From Laetmonice hystrix (Eukaryota), in assembly GCA_965235115.1 (NCBI GenBank), contig OZ249436.1, positions 29,390,001 through 29,450,000 of the forward strand: 60,000 nt of DNA. The letters are read 5' to 3'. Positions 52,169 to 60,000 of this stretch are shown here, one piece after another. The notes beneath the pieces were generated by a model that searched no databases, was not told the origin of the DNA, and saw nothing but the letters and a program-made list of their open reading frames with translations. The translations under genes were made by a program, and so were the position numbers. Position 1 is the stretch's first letter. Each line of letters begins with the position of its first letter.

Positions 52169-52498
52169 AACCAGAGGTAGCTTGTTCACCTAAAGTGGCA
52201 CTATCAAATAACCAGTGGTAACTTGTTCACCTGAAGTGGCACTATCAAATAACCAGAGGTAACTGGTTCACCTAAAGTGGCACTATCAAATAACCAGAGG
52301 TAACTTGTTCACATGAAGTGGCACTAACAAATAACCAGAGGTAACTGGTTCACCTAAAGTGGCACTATCAAATAACCAGAGGTAACTTGTTCACCTGAAG
52401 TGGCACTAACAAATAACCAGAGGTAACTGGTTCACATGAAGTGGCACTATCAAATAACCAGTGGTAACTTGTTCACCTGAAGTGGCACTATCAAATAA
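52169..52498. repeat. Minisatellite, 41-bp unit x8, built from the GPR157-like exon-3/intron junction
   Basis: Unit aaataaccagaggtaacttgttcacctgaagtggcactatc; on the minus strand it contains ATAGTGCCACTTCAG|GTGAAC. Confidence 0.9.
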
Positions 52499-52701
52499 GA
52501 AACCCACGACGTCGCGGCTTGATTCGGGTAGTGTGCGCCCATCAGGAATCGCACGGTTCCCCAAATGCGCACAACGATGAAAACAATGGGCACAAACGTA
52601 AGATTTCGACAGGCCCTGTTGATGGTATCCGCATTCCCACTGTCGTGTCCTTCCTGAGCTGTCGAGAAATAATTTTGTTGCATGTTCCTTCTGCGTCTAA
52701 T
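52477..52701 (-). CDS. GPR157: GPR157-like GPCR, exon 3 (ICL3 and TM6)
   Basis: Acceptor ttgttccag|ATT; IRRRRN...LTFVPIVFIVVRIWGTVRF...IVPLQ; donor CAG|GTGAAC; phases 0/0. Confidence 0.85.
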
Positions 52702-53505
52702 CTGGAACAAAATAATTCAGGATGTATAGGCGTATAAATGTGGGCCTTACATTTCAACCATAAATTTTAATTAGATCTAGACCTACTTTTGGGGTTAAAT
52801 CATTGCCTATAGCTTATAGGCCTAGCATGCATGCGAACTATATAACTAGGTCTCCCAGTGCTATTGGAGACCATAAAACAACGACAGCCTATGAACAATT
52901 AGATTTTTTCCATTGGAAGGAATACGCCAATCCCCTCTCATTCAGTACCCTGACTTAATTGGCCTATAATATTATGTAGGTCCCCTTTTTGGTGGCTTTA
53001 CCTTTTGCCCCCCCCCCCCCAATCCTGGATCTGGGTGGTTGGGCCGATTATTAATGTCCGGAACACCATTGCCATATTTTGTTTCATTTGAAGGTGCGGT
53101 CCATCCCCTCATCCCTTCTTGGCTAAATTCAATTAAATCTCCGATTGTCATCCGCATGGGTTGCATATAGGCCTAGAAATATTTTGTGATACATCAAAAT
53201 GCTCCTACAGTCTGTCCGCGTTAATCTGATCTCGGGGCGGGGTCTTATTAGCGGTGGGCCCAGCGCTCACGTAACCCAATACCGGCCAATGGGGGACGGG
53301 AGAATCCCGTCATTCAAACCAGTGTGTACAGCCACACAGATTGAGTGACGAGCGCGGAATGACTGTAGGTGCCAATACAGGGGCGGATCCAGGAATTGAA
53401 TCTGGCAAAGGTGGTCCCAACACGGTTAATTCAGAACGCTCTATGGAAACAATTGACGCCCTGACCCCCTTGACCCCCCCGTGACCCGCCACTGCGATAG
53501 ATTAC

Positions 53506-53705
53506 CTGTACAAGGAGATACCATTTGATCCGGGTATACAGTAAAACCGTTATGATATAGGAGGCGATCTCCCACGCCTTCCCTGTCACGTACTGCCACG
53601 CCAAGACGTTGTCCTTCTGGGGGTTTATCCAGCACCAGCTTGGATGGAGCAGTTTGTCGTCATGCCCAAGCGTGTCAAACGATAATGCTAGTCCAAGTAC
53701 AAAAC
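53506..53705 (-). CDS. GPR157: GPR157-like GPCR, exon 2 (TM4-TM5); not in the ORF track in this frame
   Basis: Acceptor ttgtttcag|GT (phase 1); FVLGLALSFDTLGHDDKLLHPSWCWINPQKDNVLAWQYVTGKAWEIASYIITVLLYTRIKWYLLVQ; donor CAG|GTAATC. Confidence 0.85.
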
Positions 53706-54222
53706 CTGAAACAAGCCATACTTAACAGTCATTCTCTCCAAACCTGATGGATTCAGGCTGCAATTCCAAGATCAAATCTGATGTTGTGGCTCGAGGGGAC
53801 CATGCAATCCGCCAGCCTGAGAGATGGGGGGGGGGGGGGGGGGGGGGCTTTGCCGTTTCCCCCCGGTTCCAATGATTATTTGCTTATCTTTTTCCCTGTG
53901 TCCCTTGGACGCATGTCCAGGTCAGGGACCCTAAATTAAATCATATGGAATGCTGAAAGTGCACCATAATTTGTATTATTAACAGCGAACGTTTTACTTG
54001 GCCCAATTAACGTGGATGTAGACCTGAACCACTAAACATTTTTGCCAGAATGTACAAAATGTAGACATGCCACATCAATTGCGATGTCTACTCACACTTT
54101 TCGATATCGATGTGAAAATTCATTTTTAAACGCGAAAAACGACAGATCGATATGAAGGAGCGTCAAGTAGGCCTACATGGAAACAAGTCATGATGTTATG
54201 CAGACATTTATATAACATCTAT

Positions 54223-54256
<34 letters not shown>

Positions 54257-54998
54257 TAGCATAAATGTGCCTGCAGTTATGATCTAGGGCAGCTAATATT
54301 TGTACTATGTTATAAGACAAACGTTCTCCCTCCGGCTGACTTCGCAACATGACAGGAAAATGTATTTGCATTCGGTATTATGAGCTTGCCACGACACTTC
54401 TATACAGGCCTAATATACCCCGAGTCAATAGCAAAGTTCATTGACAGAATGTCAATATAGGGAACAGGGACGTTTAGTTGTGTGTGTGTGGGGGGGGGGG
54501 GGGGGGTAGGCGTGCTGGAAAATGTATTTCTGTCCAACCAAATTTTATATATCACATACAAAATATTAAAAAAAAATCTACATATCGCTCAAAAGAATCA
54601 GGACTTTTACGTTTAAGACCCTAACATAAAATAAGTGCAAAATCAGCGGCGATTCAGAGCTAATCCCTCGGAATTTGCTACTTTTTGCTAAGTTTTTATT
54701 CAGAGTACTAAAATATCAAGCATTGAAGCATTCTGGATGTCCCAGGAAGTCTCATCGAATACGGCCATGAAAACCGGCGACAAGTACTGTACAGTTCTTG
54801 CCTCTTGCCTTCTTCTCTTATATTCTTGGGTCAGATTTTCTGGAATTGTACAAATGCCAATTTTCAGACCTTATTACTTTCCATCTAGCACAACTTGTGT
54901 GCATCGTTAAAAATCACCATTTCGCCAAGACACCCTTTTCTATTTCCATTTTCCAAAATCATTTAAAAAATGCAAAATGAATGGCTTTTCTCACCAGT

Positions 54999-55535
54999 TA
55001 TTCATGCAATCGTGTTCCCGTACCTCTCTACAGTTTTTGGTCCACCATGCATGTTTAACCTTAATTTCTGTAGAAAGTGGAGCGTTCGTGTTATATATTT
55101 TTGTAACGTCCGCTCTCAAAATTCACAACGTATGTCATAAAGTAACAATTTTTCATTATATATTTTGTATGACTGCATTTAAAATAACAAAAAATATGTC
55201 CCTACCCATATTAGTTCTCATGTCATAATGTGTCAAAGTTTGGCACCTCTGGTTTATACAACTTTCCATCGCGGAAGTTACACTTATTTACCAAATAGTT
55301 ACCAAATTACTTCTATCTATCACTGCATAATTCAAATCCCGTATTTTATCATTACTCATTCTTTGTTAAACATTGAAAAATAATTTGCGGACGATTGGAG
55401 AGTTTTTCTCCATTTTTGTACACATTTTTGACCAATTTTACGGGCGCTATGAAAGTAAAGTACGTGAGTATGTAAGTAACATGGGGGGGGGGGCAAAAAA
55501 AGTAGAGAGTTACGCGAACACGGTTGCATGAATAC
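54999..55535. mobile_element. MITE-like element with imperfect terminal inverted repeats
   Basis: tattcatgcaatcgtgttcccgtacctctctac at left; gtagagagttacgcgaacacggttgcatgaata at right. Confidence 0.65.
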
Positions 55536-55836
55536 CATTAAGGTGAAAAAAACAATTCATTTGATTGAATTCACAGATATGACCCTCTTCTGAAAATCAA
55601 ATATTTAACGTTTCGAAACATGCCTGCAAGTGAAAGTGATATATAATGGAGCGGCCAGTTTGCCTGTAAAATCAAACAATGACAATATGTATGTATATAT
55701 GCTGTGGGCGGATAATATGTAGCTGATGGCTTTAAGTGAATGGACTACCATGACCCAACCAATAATATTTGCCGCGAGGTGGTAAGTGGTAAGCCTATAC
55801 ATGATGAAAAACAGACTTCCCGTCCCATGCAGACAC

Positions 55837-55839
<3 letters not shown>

Positions 55840-55883
<44 letters not shown>

Positions 55884-55929
55884 GGAGATGGGGAGATAGA
55901 TAGAGAGAGGGGGAGATAGATAGAGAGAT

Positions 55930-55963
<34 letters not shown>
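55840..55963. repeat. (GA)n microsatellite, interrupted
   Basis: Long gagaga run with gata interruptions. Confidence 0.95.
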
Positions 55964-56641
55964 GTAATTACATTTGCACTATAGCAAACTAAAAGCCTGC
56001 TGTCGGTCTGCAACAAATCGAGGTGGCAGGGAATCATTACAAACATTCCAACAGGTCGCTGGTATGGCTTTCTGCAGCCCTATTGCAATACAGGTCGCCA
56101 TGGCAACATGCTAAGGGAAATTGGCCGTTTTTACATTCGTCCTCTAAAATTAGTTAACAGATCCACCGTTCTTTATACTTTAATACTTTCTAACTTTAGT
56201 GGATAGCACTTTCATGAGTTTAATAATTGTAAAGTTCCACATGCACGTTTATTCGTTGAATACTATTAATGGGCCCTTACTTATCGGAAATTTATACGCA
56301 TAGGTACATAGCTTCTCTTTGTGTGTGTCCTAATCACTTCAGCTGAAGAACGATAGCATACCTGGTGCACCGTAAACTTTAGGCCCTACTTAGTGAATAT
56401 TACATGTCGGGGGGAAGGCTCAAATCAACGGCGCCAGAAGCAAATTATTATTGGTGGTGCAAGAGACCGACGAAAGCAATATCTACGTACAAGCACAATA
56501 CAGAAAATAACAGGTTACAATAGGCTCTCATAAAAATTACAATATAGAGAATAATTCTACTTTTTCAGACACCACAGTGCGTGCTAATGTTATAGATAAC
56601 GCACACAAAATAATTTATTCTGTTACCAACGAAAAACCTAC

Positions 56642-57257
56642 CTGGTACTATCCAACAAACGAAGTGAAATGGAAAGAAAAGTTTGTTAGCCAAAGGGACA
56701 TTTGTTCGGACGAGACACACGTACAGGTGTATGGCAATGCACACAGTCCAGAAGAAGGACGATATACTAGAAAAAATGGTCAATCCACTATGGCTCTGAC
56801 AGAGTATGTCACTCTGGTGGTGGGTTAGTATTTCCTTTTGTCGTAGAATGTACCACAAAATTCCATTAAGATTCCCAAGGGCAGTCAGAAAATCTGCCAC
56901 ACTAAGGAATACTAGGAGCCTGCGCCCACTCGTGCGTAGATCAGGAAATAGGTAGTAAGTCATGACAATAATGACACAACCAATCATGGACAAGGCCGAC
57001 ATGATGGCGGTCAGACAGAAGTAAACGGTTGCCAACAGGGTGGAGACGTCAGCAGCAGGGGTTAGTTGGAACGTTACGTTAGACGAATGTAGAGTCGTGG
57101 TCGTGTCGTATTTGAATTCGAGGGAATTGTAATGAAAACTCAGCCCCTCCGTTGTCAGCCTCAGGGAATCTCCTGTGTCCTGGTAGGGGAACGTCACGGA
57201 ACCCGTCTGGTTTATCGCCATACTGTTGTTGCTAAGCGTGTAGGACAGCTTTTCCAT
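56642..57257 (-). CDS. GPR157: GPR157-like GPCR, exon 1 (N-terminus, TM1-TM3); spliced protein 381 aa
   Basis: ATG at 57257; LSMIGCVIIVMTY..LRTSGRRLLVFLSVADFLTA..C..SSFFWTVCIAIHLY..FHFVCWIVP; donor G|GTAGGT, phase 1; all four exons join in frame; motifs recognised as GPR157/cAMP-receptor-like family. Confidence 0.85.
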
Positions 57258-60000
57258 GGAAATGGAGACTTCAAAATTCCAACCAAATGATGATCATATT
57301 ATTGGGCACCGATCTGTCCGTACGTTTAGATGTCCAGCGACGAGTCTTTCTGCCAGGCTGCTGGTGGTCCAAACAAAGCGGATCCGGTTCGGCTCGGTTC
57401 ATTATATTCTGGTTTGATTTATAGGCTGGTAGGATTGGTAACATATTGAAGAGATATTAACAGGTGTGCGACACAAACCAATCTTCGCCATAGGTCTGAC
57501 AGCCTTCCTGGATTTGAGTGATGTCAGCACCCAACCGGTTCTCCTTGGCAACATGCAGGTCAACTGGCTTTCTCTGTTTGATCCACAGCACTTGGTTGGT
57601 TCCTATGTATGTGACGGTCTCGAGCACTATATTGTTCCTGCAATGAGGGCCGATATACGGTATCCGGGTATAAGCGCGTCACATTATTGTAGTATGGGTA
57701 GGGGCCTATATAGGGGCTACTGTTTACACTTCGTTTGGCCAAGCCGGGGTCACACCGCCCGATTTCTTTCGTCAACCGATTCCGGCGTCGGCCGACGGAA
57801 TTTGTAGAATCGGTAGTCTCGCCGATAAGATCTCGTCAGACATCTCGCGTGATCACACTGCCCGACACGTGCGTTCACAGTCACCGATCATCGGCCACAT
57901 TTCCCCCAAACGCTTTCAACATCAAGCAGAAACGCTATATCATAGGTATACCTGCCTTTTAGCTGAGAAAGGAACGATAATTTGCACATATTAACATGAA
58001 TTCGTAAGTCGTGCACCATAAATCCGTTCTTGCGCATTGAGGCAGACGGGGGAATTCCCTGGTGTCACGTGACTTGAGGTTCTCAGCCGATACTGTAACC
58101 GACAATTATGACGACCCTTCTTAATACTAGGCCTATAGTATGAGTACTGACTATTGTTCACCCTGATGCCGAGTTCAAATCGGAAAATACCCATGTACAG
58201 ACCAAACGTCCAAAGTCTCACCTGCCTAGTAGGGCCTAGAAGGATCTCACCAAGCCCGGCATTGACATTGCCATTATCATTGGGTAGCAACTCGAACAAC
58301 TCCCATAAATGCGCCCAGCGCTCCAATACATCACAGATAAAAATGCTACTCCAGGATCTAGGCCTACTAATGTCTCGTTCACATTTCCTGCGTTTTTGTA
58401 AGCTGAAGTTGTGCCCGATGCGTGGCATGTTGCCTGTTCAACCGTTGCAGGAAATAGCCTAATGCGGACGAATGTCTGTTTATACGTGGTTGACGAGTCT
58501 AACTCGGAGTTCGGGTAACGCATGCGGGGACAAGAAACGAAACCTTTTTTGGCCTAATACCACCACACGCGTGACAGTCGTGCTTGAGACTGCTGTCTGG
58601 ACGTCTCGTGGAGATTCATTAAATCAGGACGCGACTTTTTGCCTTTCGACTTTTGCAAACACTTCGTCGAGTAAACCTGATATATTGTATAATGGGACAG
58701 CCTGAAGGTTCAGTTGATACATATGTGTTACGAAGGAACGCCTACGTGCATTCTTGTCGCTGATATCGGATGGATGGGTAGCATGTGTTCTGCCTAGGCC
58801 TCATGTTCTTACATTAGCTAACGTTTTTAGCTAGATATGCAAGCAAGCTGATATAACTAAAATAACGGTGTCACTATAGCTTAAACCTATAGACCTACTC
58901 CCGATTGTCGCTCCCCTCAAGATTCTTTCTGTTACTCATTATCCTATTTGAAACAGTATCAACTTTTTGAAGGGGCCTGAAACCCAACCCCAGGTTAACC
59001 CTCCCATTGTAGGCCTCAGATTTTATACATAGGCTATAGCTACAGATTTCAACGTTGTATAAATTAATCACTTATTATTATCGCCTGTCAATATTCTATA
59101 GATTAATTAATAAGATTTTATGGTCAAATGCCATACCAAAAAAGCCTATACTTTTAATGTGATCTATTTGTTGTCACGTATTGTGCATGGGGTAGTAAGC
59201 AGTTGGGGTATAGGGGGTGATGGTCATGACCAGACTGTGGCGGATCCAGGGACGCAGGGTGCGCGCGCATCCCTTCGGGACTTTCGATGATAGTTAGGCC
59301 TATTCTCTGTTCTTGCATGCTAGGCTTTTTTTTTGGTTTGCTTTTTTGTTTTGAAGAAGTGACAAAAAAAATATTGGTAGGCTATAGGCCTATAAATGCT
59401 TTGAGAAACATCACAATTTTCATCATGGGACAGATGCCGGGAAATAGCGTTTCTTTGGTCTTCTAAAGTCAAAAATTTTCTGGGGGTGCATTATTTCTAC
59501 AAGCAGGCTGATAAGTCTTCTCCCATAACTGATGATCTGTAACGCCCGGATCTCATGAGTTCCGGGGACCGGTTGCCATTTGTTCTGGATGCGGTTCTGA
59601 GTTGCAGCAAAATACAGGGAGACTATTTTGAATTACCGCTAACCATGATGGGAAATAAGTGGGGATCCAGGATTTTGATAAGGGGGGCCCATTATTTTTA
59701 TTGTGGTTATTGCGGTTCTGGGCCCCTTTTGGTCTATTTCAATGCTGCATGGTCCAGAGTTATGTTGCTCCTGGATGACTGAGGAGGCCGTTTTGGGCCC
59801 AATGTTCGTGCAATATAGTAGGCTTTTTAAAAAAGAATTTGGTTGGAATCCTGGTTTCAGGGTCCGAATAATGCATCTTCTTTAAGAAAAAAGGAAAATT
59901 TAAGGGGGGCGGGTCCCTTGGCCCCCTGGATCCCCCAGTAGAAATGAGTTCCGTGGACCGGTTGCGATTTGTTCCACCAGTTATAAACGTTTGCCGCTAG

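Noticed and set aside
52169..52498. CRISPR-like repeat array
   Set aside because: Head-to-tail 41-bp units with no spacers, derived from an exon-intron junction.
55605..56046. Hydrophobic ORFs as the missing GPCR exon 2
   Set aside because: One is a translation of the GA microsatellite and neither has family motifs. The true exon, with WCW and GKxWE, is at 53506-53705.

Overview
This is eukaryotic, intron-containing invertebrate DNA; the taxon (possibly lophotrochozoan) is only inferred. The main feature is one minus-strand gene spanning at least 609-39.4 kb. It has a probable non-coding first exon (donor 39271) and one common coding exon (ATG 37022 to phase-0 donor at 36189, 278 aa, with a compact N-terminal domain I cannot name). 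After a 4.5-kb intron come 45 intact alternative terminal exons (31707 down to 609). Each starts at a phase-0 CAG acceptor, encodes a short unique linker plus 2 C2H2 zinc fingers (3 in three cases) and ends in its own stop codon. There is also one degenerate exon and one decayed pseudo-exon. The layout parallels insect lola/mod(mdg4)/broad/fruitless (constant N-terminus, swappable DNA-binding module) but shows no recognisable BTB domain. The array may continue past the left edge. The right half is repeat-rich (MITEs, 93-bp and 41-bp minisatellites, microsatellites) and holds a complete four-exon GPR157-like GPCR gene (minus strand, 57257-51405) whose exon-3 splice donor is amplified into a 41-bp tandem repeat. 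Splice sites were read by eye and need RNA-seq confirmation.
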